Of a stretch of DNA of 64,000 bases, positions 1-14,899 are shown one piece after another. Each line of letters starts with the position of its first letter. Positions within the stretch are counted from its first letter, which is position 1. Below the pieces are notes generated by a model. That model worked only from the letters and a program-made list of their open reading frames with translations. It was not told the DNA's origin and ran no database searches. A program made the position numbers and the translations under genes. The stretch is taken from assembly GCF_037042905.1 (NCBI RefSeq), contig NC_087245.1:26848001-26912000 (forward strand). Reading direction: 5' to 3'. The stretch comes from Lytechinus pictus. Lineage: Eukaryota.

Positions 1-37
1 TGGCATACCGGAATCGCTATCATAATGTAGACAGATA

Positions 38-632
38 TTGCCTGGAGAAATGAATCGTTCTGATTTTCGAAAGAATTATAGGCTGAATTATGAAGAATAT
101 GAGTGGTTGTGTGACTACATCCGTAATGACGAAGTATTTGAACGTAGACAGGAAAATGGAAGAGTGCTGTCAGTAGAACTAAAGGTGGCAGCAGCGCTGC
201 GTTTTTTCGCTAGTGGCAGTTTTCAAAACGTTGTAGGGGACGTTGCTGGGATCAGTCAGCCTTCCCAAAGTAGGGCTGTTGCGGCTGTTACCGATGCAAT
301 CACCCGCAAGGCTTCTGATTTCATCAATTTTACTTTAGAACCAACCGCAACAAGCAAATCAAACTTTGCAGCAATTGCTGGAATGCCCAATACAATTGGA
401 TGTATTGATTGTACACATGTTTACATTCGTGCACCTCGAGAGAACGAGAACATATACGTCAACCGCAAGAATCGTCATTCAATTAATGTCCAAGGAATCG
501 TGGATTCTAAAATGAGATTTGTTAACGTTGTGGCAAAATGGCCAGGGTCTTCTCATGATTCCTACATATGGGAAACAAGCAATGTTCTGAATGATTTCAG
601 GATGGGAAGGATGCCACCAGGATGGTTATTGG
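38..632 (+). CDS. PIF/Harbinger transposase (HARBI1-like, DDE_Tnp_4), partial; exon encoding the rest of the DDE domain not found
   Basis: Motifs ALRFFASGSFQ, IGCIDCTHVYIRAP, YVNRKNRHSINVQ, KWPGSSHDSYIW and GWLLG. Probable GT donor at 633, just before the expected DSGY. Confidence 0.9.
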
Positions 633-1618
633 GTACGGATATATTTTTTTTCCCGATCATTTTAAGCATATTTCTCTGAAACTAAGAAAAGGTATTCCGG
701 GCATATAGGCCTATACATTCAAACAAACGAAACGGACTACCGTATAAATAATAATTAAAAAAAGTGTAGGATATGGGAGGGGGCGGATGTCCGGACACTT
801 TATATTTTTGAAGCCTTCTTTTTTTGTCTTTGGATTACACTAAAAATGTTAATTCAATAGTTGTAATCATCTTCTTTTTTTGTTATCGATAATATTTCCT
901 AACATTTTGTACTAAAAACTTGATGAAACTTCAATTCGCTTGTAAATATTTCCAAATGACTTTCTAAAATTGATCGTCCGGATACAATAACTGGGTATAT
1001 ATGATTTTTGTAAATACTTTTTATCATCATTATTATTTGATCATGTTTGATTGCGTGATGGGTGCGTTTGTTAATCAATTCCATATAAAGCTCACTATCT
1101 CACAACGATCCATATTGGAAAGATGTACAAAATATACAAAATGTATAGAGCTTTCTAGGATAGCACACAGGGTGGGCATTAACCCGAATTTTACTATGGT
1201 CTCAACTTTATGCCATATCAAAATATTCCCCCAAAATCAATGAAACTGTCTTCACACTAAGTAATATTTTTGTTTCTCCCTTTATTTTTTTTATTTCTTT
1301 GTTTCTTTTTTACTTCGTACCTTTTTGAATTGATTTATTCACTTACTTCATGCAATCTATATATCCTTCCATCTCTTTGTTTTTGTGGCTTCTTCAACCC
1401 TTTCTCTTTCATTCAATTCCTTCTTTCAACACTCCCTTCCTTTGCATTCTTCCTTTCATCTTTCTGTCTTCATTCATTCCTCCCTTGCCTAATTAAAAAT
1501 TATTGGAAACAAAACGATACTCTTGGCAAGTATTCCCTTAAATGAACCACTTAACAAGTACAGCAATATTTTATTGTTATGTCACGGGTCGTCGGTTTTA
1601 CCATTACACATCATTTGG

Positions 1619-2030
1619 TTAAAGGACAAGTCTATCCCAACAAAAAGTTGATTTGAAAAAAGGAGAAAAATCCAACAAGCAAAACACTGAAAATTTCATC
1701 AAAATCGGATCTAAAATAAGAAAGTTATGATATTTTAAAGTTTTGCTTAATTTCACAAAACAGTTATATGCACATACTGGCTAGTATGCAGACGAGGAGA
1801 CTGATGACGTCACCCATTCACTATTTCTTTTGCATTTTATTACATGAAATATGAAATATTCTCATTTTCTCCTCCTTGTCAAGTGAAAGAGAGTTTTATT
1901 TCCCCCTGAACATGTGGAATTACCATTATTTTAATAGTTTATGGTCAAGTGAGGTTGGTCCTTAATTGTCAAATCTGTAAAAATTGAAATATTGTATTAT
2001 TCAAACAAAAACAAAAAACAAATAGTGAGT
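1619..2030. mobile_element. Truncated TTAA-target (Kolobok-like) MITE, same family as 27861-28404
   Basis: Starts TTAAAGGACAAGTC; sequence matches the complete copy at 27861-28404 in inverted orientation. Confidence 0.6.
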
Positions 2031-2964
2031 CATATGCGGATCCAGGGGGGGCGAGGAGCCCGGGACCCCCCCCCCCTATTGGCGGAGCAAAAAAAAGAAA
2101 AGGAAAGGAAAGAAAGAAAAAAGGGGGAAAGAGGAGGGGAAAAGAAAAGAGAAAAAGAAGAGGAGGAAGACGAGTGAATATAAGATGAGGGGGAGACTTG
2201 GAAAATAAAAAGAATATTTTAAATTTTTATGTAACTATATAAAATTTTCTTTTACTCTCCCCTCTCCTATATCTATTTTTCCCTTTCTTCCCCTTGCTTT
2301 TCTCTCTTCTACTTTTCTCTCTCTTCCCCTCTCCTCTCCCTCCACACTCTTTTCTTTCCCCTCTCCCTTTCTTTTATTTTATTTTCTTTCATTTTCTTAT
2401 CTTTTTCTTTTCTCCTCTCCCTCTCTTGTTATCCTTCTCCTTTCCTCTATCTTTTTTTATCCCCTTTCTTTTCTTTCCCATCTGCCATCTCCTTTTCCTT
2501 TTATCCTCTCCCTTCAATTTTTTCAGCTCCTACTTTTTCTTATTCCCCTCCTTTCTCTTCCTTCACCTTTTCTCTCTTTTTCATCTTCCCTTCCCCCTCT
2601 CGTTCTTTCTTTTCTTATTCCTTTCTTTTCTGTCTGTCTTTTTTTTTTTTGGGGGGGGGGACATGCATCCGTTACTACGTTAGGATTTCAGTGAATGTCT
2701 GTTAAGAAGGAGCACGGAGGCTCCCATCCGTGGTTTTATTGTCTCATCGAGGAATTTCACCCACTTTATTTCTACCCGCCCTCTAAGATATATTCCCCTC
2801 CATTCTTATCAACTCTCTCATCGTTCTTTCCGCACCCCGCAAAATATAATAAATATGTTACATAATCAGGAAACCACTTTAGACACCATTTTGAATGATG
2901 AGTTTTCCTTACATTTTTAAGCCATAAAATACAATGTATTTAGATTTACGGTTGAGTAACTTAC

Positions 2965-3478
2965 CATATGATATCTTCTTTCTGCCCGTTGCTAGGCTGG
3001 CTAAAGTCGTAAGGGCCCCTAATTCACATGCTTTATTTGAACTTGAAGTGTCTGCTGCCATCTCTGAGAACCCTGTCGGTGTCTCGACTCCACCTAACAC
3101 TCCATCAAGCGCTTCCTGACCTATGAAATCGATTAACAACTCTTGCCACTGCTCGAGAGGAGCGGGTGGTGGTCCACCTCCAGTACCCCCCATCAATCTC
3201 TTCCAGTGGTTGTAGGCTTTCTTGACAGAGGATTTTAGGTTGCTAAGTTTAACCCTTAGCTCCTCGACGGATCGCTGGTTTCCTGCAGCGTAGCTAACCG
3301 CCTCTGAAATATTTTTCCAAGCTTGCATTTTCATATTGTGTGTCAAATTTGCACTAAGACTAAGAGGGTCACAAAGAGTCCCTTTTCTTGATATGCACTC
3401 TCTGATTAGGATATCAATCTCATCTTGAGTGAAATTCTCACTTCTCCTGTTGGTTTTCACTGATTTTGCCTTCGGCAT
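2965..3478 (-). CDS. Myb/SANT-like DNA-binding protein (Harbinger second gene), first exon
   Basis: MPKAK..RRSENFTQDEIDILI..AWKNISEAVS..RSVEELRVKLSNLK..GTGGGPPP. Minus-strand GTAAGT donor at 2964. Convergent with the transposase. Confidence 0.85.
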
Positions 3479-3683
3479 AACTGTGATCGACACCGTGTAA
3501 AAGAAGTTTTTTCTTGAAACACTGTGTAAGTCGACGGAGAATGCGGCGGAAAGAAGAGAGAGATGACGATAGGTCATACCCGTGAGTGTAATAGATAATA
3601 CTCGTGTATGTTGTTCTACGCGTTTTGTACACAGTACAACAACAGCAGGGTAGCCGCACCGCGGTGTCTGTATTAGTCTATGG

Positions 3684-4866
3684 CAACGAACGTAGAGGGC
3701 AGCAACACACAAGCGTGTTGCTATAAGGAAGGTCAACTCGATACGCGCATGCAGCTGAGCTGCGCGCGTATTTTATTGTTCATGCCAACGAAATCAAATG
3801 CCGATCCAATACAACAACAAATTAGTAGCGATCAAAAAACGAATATGAAAGAATATGACTACAACAATATCAAAGATAACTTAAAAAATATGTTGAGGAA
3901 TATACATACATATAAAAACATACTTTGATATTTAAAACTTTACAAATATAAGTTTCAGGAAACTAAAATCATTACCAAATCGGTGATTGTTGTTATCAGC
4001 GATTTCACCAGACGGCTGTATTAGGTGATTTTCGTCGAGACGATTTTGTGACCACTCGCAAAGCATTTCGGGATTGAATATAACCACCTTATTTTCTCTG
4101 AGCTCTTCGCTGAACCCATCATCAGTGCAGCTGCAGCGCAGCGCGCAGCCAATGCAATGCATCCGATGCATGGGTTGTTTTTTCGCCGTCCATGCCATGG
4201 TCTCGGACTCAGAGTTGAAATTTAGACCCGGATTTCGGGGATACAGCGCCTTTATTTCAGATTTATAGACTTAAAAGTCAAATGACATTTAAAATTTGAA
4301 ATCTAACCTTGAACAATCATCGTTGATAAACATCAGCGCTGAAGCCATTACACTTCAAATCAGGCCAGGCAAATTAGACGTCATTGTCTAAGTTACTAGA
4401 TCTATGACGAGTCGCCTGAAGCCCCAGCGCATCATCAACGTCACTAGCTAGCTGCGCGACCGGCCCAGACTCGGCGCACCCAGGCCAGAAAAATGACCTC
4501 GATTATTACGGTGGTTGTCTATGCATTTATTAGTGGTGCAGCGAAATTCAGCAGAAGAAAATAAGAGATATGAGGTATCCTCGTCACAGGCTTAATATTC
4601 CAAAATGAGGAAAAATGTCAAAATCATGATTATTTAAGCTAAATATTTTCTTTAAAAATAAAAGTAATATTTTTAATATTTATACCTAGAATAACCGATC
4701 TAATAATTTTTCATTAAAAAATATTTGAAATTAACAAATGAAAAAAAATCAACTCGACAAATTTCCCAAAACCCCACCTTATTTTTTAAAGTGGTCACAA
4801 AATTCGAGCGGAGTTGACCTTCCTTAGAGCAACACGCTTGTGTGTTGCTGCCCTCTACGTTCGTTG
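3684..4866. mobile_element. Non-autonomous DNA transposon, ~55-bp TIRs, 8-bp TSD (hAT or P superfamily), copy 1
   Basis: TIR CAACGAACGTAGAGGGCAGCAACACACAAGCGTGTTGCT at both ends. TSD GTCTATGG at 3676-3683 and 4867-4874. Confidence 0.92.
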
Positions 4867-5680
4867 GTCTATGGTCTGTACACGGGAAAGACGCAGCGCG
4901 TAAAGCAGACGATTCTACATTGTAAGAGCGCGTCTGATTGGTCAAATCAGTTTGAGTGGGGAGTGGCCTAAAGGGAGTTAATTGAGCGCTAATAGAGTTT
5001 TCAGAATACGAATTTGGAGGTCTATTAGCGCTCCATTAAATGGGTAACTTATGAGGATATTTAAGTGGAAACTTACGAGACTTTTCAGAATACCCACCCA
5101 GAGCACAGACTTACGACGGCGCGGCGCTGCAAATATGAAAGGAAAGCACAACGGATGCCAAGCAAAAGTGAAGTCAAAGCAACCACTTGCTCTTCATTTC
5201 CACTGTGCCTCCCACATGGCGAATCTCGTCCTCGAGCATGCTGTGACAGCTTGCCAGCCGATTCGTGATGCCATCCAATGGTGCAATGACCTCGGAGTTC
5301 TATTCAAGAGATCTGGAAGATACAAGGTTAGATTCAATTTCCGAATTTGTAATATAAAATTGAAGAAGTTACTCGAAAAGAGTCACTATAGTATGAATCA
5401 AATATTTTGAAAAAAACCTGCCTACTAAGAAAACCCATTTCCCCTTAAGGCCACTCTTCATCGATTTGCAAAAACTATGACACCATTTGGCGAAGTAAGT
5501 GGAATGTGTTCATTTTAGAAAGCAGAGATAATATTGTTTGAATAAATAGGATTCCAACTACAATTATAATATTTAGACATGATAAGTCATGATGGGGGTA
5601 ACTGGGCAATTTAGAAGTATATGGATATTAACCCATAATGTAGGCTAACAATATATCAACTTCAAGAAAATGTAAATTCT

Positions 5681-5714
<34 letters not shown>

Positions 5715-6620
5715 AGTCGTATCTTATTCCAAGATACGACTATCTTGGAATAAGCACCGGCTCAGAGGAGGATCTTCAAGATTTCATCGCATATGCTAAT
5801 AACTACCATCCATCCCTTAAGTTCACACATTGTATCTCGAGCACCAGTGTGGACTTCCTGGACATCTCCATCTCTATCGAAGATTTAGGTTTTTCAACTG
5901 ATGTCTTCTACAAACCTACTTCTTCTCACTCCTACTTGAAATATGACTCCTCCCATCCAGCGGCTTGTAAGAAGGCGATCCCCTACTCCCAGATGACCAG
6001 GCTACGTAGAATCTGCAGCGATGATGCTCGTTTTAAACAACGGGCTGCCGAGATGGGTGATTTCTTCGTGAAGAGAGGCTACCCTCAGGAACTCATTCAG
6101 CACTCCATTCAAAGATCTAGTGTGATCTCGCAGGACGAAGCTTTGACTGGGAAGATAAACAACAACAAGAGTCGTCGAGTTCCACTAGTGATGACTTATC
6201 ATTCCACGTCTGCACTCATTACAAGATCTATCAAAAACAACGCCAAGCTGTTCCTGTCATCTCCTTCTTGCAAGGAGATCTTTGGAGACAACCCCGTACT
6301 TCTGGCATATCGGAAAGACCGTTCTCTGCGTGACCATCTCGTTCGCTCCAAATTGCCGCCTAATCAACCCGCAGATGCACCTGGCACATCTCAATGCGGC
6401 AGGCCGAGACGCAATACCTGTCCCTACGTCATGAGGGGAGATGTCATCCAAGGACCCAGAAGAACTTGGCGCGTCAAGGCCTCCTTCAAGTGCACCACCA
6501 GAAACGTCGTATATGCTATACGATGCTCTCGCTGCTCTAAGCTTTATATTGGAGAGACCAAACGACGTCTAGCAGACAGAGTAACAGAGCACCTGCGTTC
6601 GATCCGACTTAACACACCTG

Positions 6621-8163
<1,543 letters not shown>

Positions 8164-8366
8164 CTGGCCTTCCAGTTGCAACGCATTTCAACCAACCTGG
8201 ACATTTCATCAACGATCTACAGGTATGCGTTGCCATCCCTTGCGACCGTGAGACGGATCGCAAACTCAAAGAAGAGAAGCTGATCTACAGTCTCGGGACC
8301 AAAGCTCGGGACCCTCGCACCCCACGGAATGAATGTGTCTTTCCGCGCCTTCCCAATGCCTGAGAC

Positions 8367-9552
8367 CAACGAACGTAGAGGGCAGCAACACACAAGCGTG
8401 TTGCTATAAGGAAGGTCAACTCGATACGCGCATGCAGCTGAGCTGCGCGCGTATTTTATTGTTCATGCCAACGAAATCAAATGCCGATCAAATACAACAA
8501 CAAATTAGTAGCGATCAAAAAACGAATATGAAAGAATATGACTACAACAATATCAAAGATAACTTAAAAAATATGTTGAGGAATATACATACATATAAAA
8601 ACATACTTTGATATTTAAAACTTTACAAATATAAGTTTCAGGAAACTAAAATCATTACCAAATCGGTGATTGTTGTTATCAGCGATTTCACCAGACGGCT
8701 GTATTAGGTGATTTGCGTCGAGACGATTTTGTGACCACTCGCAAAGCATTTCGGGATTGAATATAACCACCTTATTTTCTCTGAGCTCTTCGCTGAACCC
8801 ATCATCACAGTGCAGCTGCAGCGCAGCGCGCAGCCAATGCAATGCATCCGATGCATGGGTTGTTTTTTCGCCGTCCATGCCATGGTCTCGGACTCAGAGT
8901 TGAAATTTAGACCCGGATTTCGGGGATACAGCGCCTTTATTTAAGATTTATAGACTTAAAAGTCAAATGACATTTAAAATTTGAAATCTAACCTTGAACA
9001 ATCATCGTTGATAAACATCAGCCCTGAAGCCATTACACTTCAAATCAGGCCAGGCAAATTAGACGTCATTGTCTAAGTTGCTAGATCTATGACGAGTCGC
9101 CTGAAGCCCCGGCGCATCATCAACGTCACTAGCTAGCTGCGCGACCGGCCCAGACTCGGCGCACCCAGGCCAGAAAAATGACCTCGATTATTACGGTGGT
9201 TGTCTATGCATTTATTAGTGGTGCAGCGAAATTCAGCAGAAGAAAATAAGAGATATGAGGTATCCTCGTTACAGGCTTAATATTCCAAAATGAGGAAAAA
9301 TGTCAAAATCATGATTATTTAAGCTAAATATTTTCTTTAAAAATGAAAGTAATATTTTTAATATTTATACCCAGAATAACCGATCTAATAATTGTTCATT
9401 AAAAAATATTTGAAATTAACAAATGAAAAAAAAATCAACTCGACAAATTTCCCAAAACCCCACCTTATTTTTTAAAGTGGTCACAAAATTCGAGCGGAGT
9501 TGACCTTCCTTAGAGCAACACGCTTGTGTGTTGCTGCCCTCTACGTTCGTTG
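8367..9552. mobile_element. Copy 2 of the 1.18-kb TIR element
   Basis: Near-identical to 3684-4866, same orientation. TSD CCTGAGAC at 8359-8366 and 9553-9560. Confidence 0.92.
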
Positions 9553-9770
9553 CCTGAGACCAAGTGAACTTTTCTTTCTTTACCGATGGATCGATAGACT
9601 CTTTTGCCGTTTTTACTCTACGTCATAATAGTTGCCTGGACTTTACTCATTACGTCACAATATCATCTAACAATGCACCTGTCGTCGCGTTAGTTATGTT
9701 GTTGCGCATTATATTTATTGCGCGTTGGTATCACCACCAAATGATGCAACCTGTTTTGGATTTAATAAAT

Positions 9771-9809
9771 TCATCCCTGAAGAAGGTCTATGACCGAAAA
9801 TTTGGAAGA
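9771..9809 (+). ncRNA. Minimal type I hammerhead ribozyme in the Penelope 3' end
   Basis: TCATCC-CTGAAGA-A-GGTC-TAT-GACC-GAA-AATT-T-GGAAGA: CUGANGA and GAAA cores, stem II, palindromic AATT stem III, imperfect stem I. Confidence 0.7.
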
Positions 9810-9843
9810 TTATGTCTCCTTACGGCGTTTCTATTAAGTCTTT

Positions 9844-9897
<54 letters not shown>

Positions 9898-12710
9898 ATA
9901 TATATATATATACATGTATATATATATTATATATACACATTTTCCATTATTCCTTTGAAGTTTTTAGCAAGACCCTTATAATAGTGACAACGATATGGAA
10001 CTAGACAAAGGGATCTGTTCTTTTAGATATTTGGTGTCACATAGATATCATTTTCTACATGCAAAGAGTCAGAAACTTATAATCCCTTTCTTTCCAACAG
10101 GTCATATTTCAAGAAATCGCATCTAGGTCAAGTGAACCAGATCAGACTATAGTGACGAAGGCTGTGTTCCACCAGGCAGGAAAACCATCATACCCCTCTG
10201 TCCAACAAGGTGGCTTTGTCGTCTTCCAGCCATCATATCAGTTCTGGATAATTATGAAGCAGTTGTAGAGAGCCTGGAGGAGATGTCAACATCCAGCACG
10301 TCGGACAGCGCAGCTAAGGCAAATGGACTGTTGGATAGATTTCAGAAAGGAGGTACTTTGCTGGCCCTGACCATGGCGGCTAATCCAATAGCAGTCCTTG
10401 AACAGCTTAAAAGTGCCTGTCAAGCCCAGTCTTCAAATGTATCTGGTAAATTTATGAATCTTTTCTGATACGCTACTAGCAGACAGGATTGCTGTGCCAA
10501 GTCTTTATTTAAACTACATCAAAAATATGTGTTATACTGGTTCATTTTAATTCTTTATCAAAGAACACAGCGTAATTTTGATGACACATTTGATAAAGAT
10601 ATTTATTTAATGTTTCATTTTTGCTTTTCAAGTATGATGGCAGCCTCAGAAATCTGCTTGGAGCAGCTGAAGTTGTGGAGGACTGACAAATACTTCCAGG
10701 ATGTGTTTCGAGGAGCTTCCGCCAAGATTGAGGCATATAGTCTCGATCCCCTAGATCTGCCGAGAAAGAGGAAATGCCCTCGGAAGCTGGGAGGCCAAGC
10801 AAGTGATTTCCATGACAGCAAACCTGAAGAGCTTTACCGACAGCAATACTTTCTTTTCCTTGACCACCTGATGAGGGAGATGGAAGAACGGTTTGATGTA
10901 GCGTCAAACAAAGACCTGGCAACTTATGTTGAGCTCGAGCGCGTTCTTGTGACTGGCAAGATTGAGGAGCACCAAGAGGCAATCATCGAACAGTATCCAG
11001 AATTGACAAAAGGTCCCCTCTCGTTCAGTCTCGTTACAGCTGCAGATGTTCAACCAAAACAGGAAAGGTAGCACTGTTTATGATGCCAAGATCGCTTTCC
11101 AGAAGATGCATTCGGAGGTGCGAGCCCTTTTCCCACAGGTCGAGGCTCTTCTGAGACTATTGTTGGTTTGTCCAGTCAGCTCAAGCACGTGTGAAAGGAG
11201 CTTTTCTGCTCTTCGACGACTGAAGTCATGGCTTCGGAGCTCCATGACTCAAACACGCCTCAACTGCGGATTTTCGGACATTATTGAGACTACCTGAAAC
11301 AGATGTTGTTCTATTTTACCCTTTTTCTTATTCATTCCCAGAAAATTCAAAGAAAAAGAAAAATACCTTGGCGTTTCTATAGAGTAGAGGCTAATCACTT
11401 CATTTATTTGCCTGGTTATACACACTTTACCGATGTATGTCATGGTAGTATTGATATATATTAAGTTCGGCATTCAGTAAACCTTTGAACAAGAAAATAT
11501 ACCAAAAGGAAGATGTGCACAAAACGAAAGTCACCCCTACTTGTATATCCAAATACCTTGACTTGAACGATAAGTTTTGGTCAATAATATTTTGCAGGAG
11601 AGCATTGATGTCCTCATTTCCTATCTGTGGAAATGAGGTGCCTATAGTCATGAAAAAGTGAGCCCATATCAAATGCAAAAATTTCACTTTTAAAAAGTCA
11701 TAATGGTCGTTTGGTGATCAGTAGCTCATATGTATGGTGCTTTTGTTGTATGCGGTCGGATGTAATTAATATTAAACATTTTATCATGTGACCCCATCAG
11801 ATACCTCTCATGAAAATATTGAGGTTCAGTGAGCTCAATATAATATGATCATATTTTAACAATTTTTTAATGAGTGAAATCAATTAATGGTTTCAGAAAG
11901 AATAATCATTCATTTCTCTCTAAAGCGTATCTTCGGATATGAACATCGGATTTTTTTTCCATGTTATTCTTGTAATTGTTATGGACTTGAAAAACTGAAC
12001 TTGATTGATTTTTTCTTATATTGGCGAAAAGAAATCTCTTTTGAGTTTGGAAAGGGATGACAGTTTTGCATTCTATATGAGCACACTCATGCGGTACGTA
12101 AATTTCATTTTAGCACATTATATTAGCTGATATTACACACTGATGGTTCAAGAAAATGTTGGAGAAATATCATAACATGACAGTTGAGTTTTGATTGTTT
12201 TTATGTTTGTTTTTGTTTCATGCACTTATAAAGCATTTAAAACATGTTAAAATCCAGGGTTAAAATCGTCTAAGGAATGACAGTAAGCCCGATGGCGCAC
12301 GAGAAGCCACACAGTTTGTAATTTGTGCAAGTCTTAATTTGTCCGAATCTGCATTTTATCATCATGCATTAAGAAGAAAAAAGATATTGCCAGTCGGGTT
12401 AGATTTAAGAGAGAAGTTGTATACATCATGCTCAATAAACAGATCACTTTGTACATGGTCCAGACAATTTTTTCTTTCGGATGAGTTTAGAATAGGCTTA
12501 CTTGTAACACAAATTGAATTTTCAAAAAAATTATATAAGTACAGTACATTGCAACAATGAAGGAATTTCCAAGAACACCATGCATATCAACCACTCCCAA
12601 ATGTCCTAACTTGTGATTTTAGTGGGGGGTAATGTTAAAAGATCCCCATCCACAAGAACATTTGTGTCAATCATCCCCCCCAACCAAGAATACCGATCGA
12701 CACCCATGAA

Positions 12711-14221
12711 CAATGGTGTAATGAGGCGACAATTTTGAGAGGGCCAGATATCGCGTATCGGGCAGAATTTATCTTTTTTTTTAAAGTTCCGAGCGAGCAA
12801 AAATTTTGACATTTTTAATACAAAAATCAAATTTTGTGGTATCCAGAGAATAATATATTTCAATCTTCTCTCTTACCATTCCTTTTTTTTATGGTCTGTA
12901 CGTCATTGTGAACAGGATTCTTTGCGGCAGTAGCGTGAAGAGTAAAAAAAAAAGAAAAAAAACAACAAGGGGCGCAGTATGGCGCCGATGTGCTAAAAAA
13001 GCTGCTTAATACAAGTCCTGAGCGAGCAAAGCGAGTAAGAAAATAATCACCTTTTCATGAGAATCTAACTTTGAGATATGTTTTGTCATTATATTCAAAA
13101 AAAAATCATTTCCTACACTTTTCCTTTGCTTTCCTTTCCTCCTTGTTTTTTGTTCTTGGTTGTAGAACTTTTTGGGGCCATGGCCCAACCCTACCATACT
13201 CATATACGACAGTACTATGCGGTTGGGGTCCGGGGCAGAGCCCCCGGAACTTTTTAATATCAAAGCCATTTAAACCTAGCAGATTGTCGTTATTTTTATT
13301 CAAATATCGAGGGTATATACAGAATATAGCTTTTACACAACACATTTATTCAACCCAGTTGCGTAATGACCAAATATTTTGAAGGGGCACAACATAGCAA
13401 TGTGGGAATATTTGTTAAAAGTCGCCAGCGAGCAAAGCGAGCTGGAAAAACAGATTGCCAATTGAAATTAAATTATAATTATGTGATAGATTTTTCCATT
13501 ATAATATTAAGTAAATAACACATTTCATTGTTTCCATTCATTTCATTATACGTTGTCTCCTATAATTTCTTTTATTATCTCTTGTGTGTGGAACCAAGAC
13601 CCCCCCACCCCCACGCCTGTACGCCAGTGATTGAACGTAAAGCTTAATGTAGGGAGGGTCCCTATAGGGGGAAGTTATGGAGCCATTTGAAGGTTATAGA
13701 TGAAGAGCCCCTACTGCGTAATTTTATTTGCATAAAATTTAGCAAGCTTATAGCACAATGTAGTATGTAGTCCATCTTTCTTCCCGCTCTTTATTTTCAA
13801 TCCTCGGCAGCCCGGTCGTGTTAAGTGTTTTTTATGTCTTGTCCCTTTTTTTCGTTTTCCAATTTAGCTTTTGACTAATTCCATTCTAACTTCATTTCCC
13901 GCTATTTGCAATTTTGTCATCTTTTAACTTATTTCTCATCATGCTATTGCATTACATATAGGCCTTTTTCGAGATGATTTGTTCTTTCTCAAATGTTCTT
14001 CTTTCGTTCCTTTTCCCGCTTTCCTTCCTTCCTTTTCCGTTAAATCTGTTTTTTTATCTTCTTTTTCTTTTCACTTTTCCCTTTCTCTTTCCTCCTTTCC
14101 TTTTCCCCTTTCCTTCCCCTTTCTTTCTCCCTCCCTTTTCTCCTTTCCCGTTTTTTTATTTTCCCGGTGAAATCTGCCAAGGGGGCAGCTTGCCCCCTGC
14201 CCCCCGCCTGTTACGCCACTG
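12711..14221. mobile_element. Composite/degraded hAT-like MITE fragments
   Basis: CA(A/G)TGG(T/C)GTAA-like ends (CAATGGTGTAA ... TTACGCCACTG), G/C runs and GCGAGC motifs; boundaries approximate. Confidence 0.35.
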
Positions 14222-14899
14222 TTCACGGTATAATAACAATAAATAACAGTCATTGCATGGGAGGGGCCGGGGAGGTGACAGTCATAAGCACAATATTAAA
14301 GGCTTGAAAATGATGGACGCCCCTCAAGTAAAGATCATGGCCCTGAATATATATCAATAAAAGTTCATATATGAAAATCACACAAAAAGTAGGACCAGAA
14401 GGAAAAAATATCAAGCATGTCACGAAACATATTAAAAAAATTCCAGTCTAATTATAATAATCAATCGTCGACAAATCAAAATTTTAAGTAACAATCCAGA
14501 AGTACTTTACAAGCCAAAATCAATACTAAGTAATACCATCTCACCTCCGCGTAACGACCATCAGCGCACCCTACCACTTCCCGTTTAACCCCTTTTAGGG
14601 GAGTTGGGCAGTATCCTGCAACTACATGTAAGTAAGTAAGTAATTAAGAAAGTAAGTAATCTACCATGCAGCAAGATGGCGAGTCTAATATTTTTAAAAA
14701 AATTATAATTATTTTGGCATTGCAAAATATGTTGAGCTGATAAGTGATTTGACCTTTAAATATAAAACTTAGTATCATCTTTATATTCGCACATTAAAAA
14801 AAATGGACCATTCACATACAGTTAAATAGACTGGGGGATACACAATACATATCATACAAGTGCAAATAGGCGGTGGTCCCAACGCCTGGGACCACCGCA

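Larger units (their letters stand above)
1..5098 (+). mobile_element. PIF/Harbinger transposon (left end outside window), probably internally deleted
   Basis: Transposase plus Myb gene pair. Right terminus TTTTCAGAATACCCACC (ends 5098) followed by CAG, a CWG-type target. Subterminal TTTTCAGAATAC repeat near 4998. Confidence 0.8.

Noticed and set aside
1270..2683. Phe/Leu/Ser-rich membrane-like ORFs (also 6913-7899, 13974-14246, 31350-31598)
   Set aside because: Translations of pyrimidine/purine low-complexity tracts.
38..3478. Domesticated HARBI1/NAIF1 host genes
   Set aside because: A transposon terminus with CWG target is present, it interrupts another transposon, and both genes appear truncated.
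3680..4268. Short ORFs inside the TIR elements (repeated at 8333-8878)
   Set aside because: No recognisable motif, and a small indel between the copies shifts the frame.
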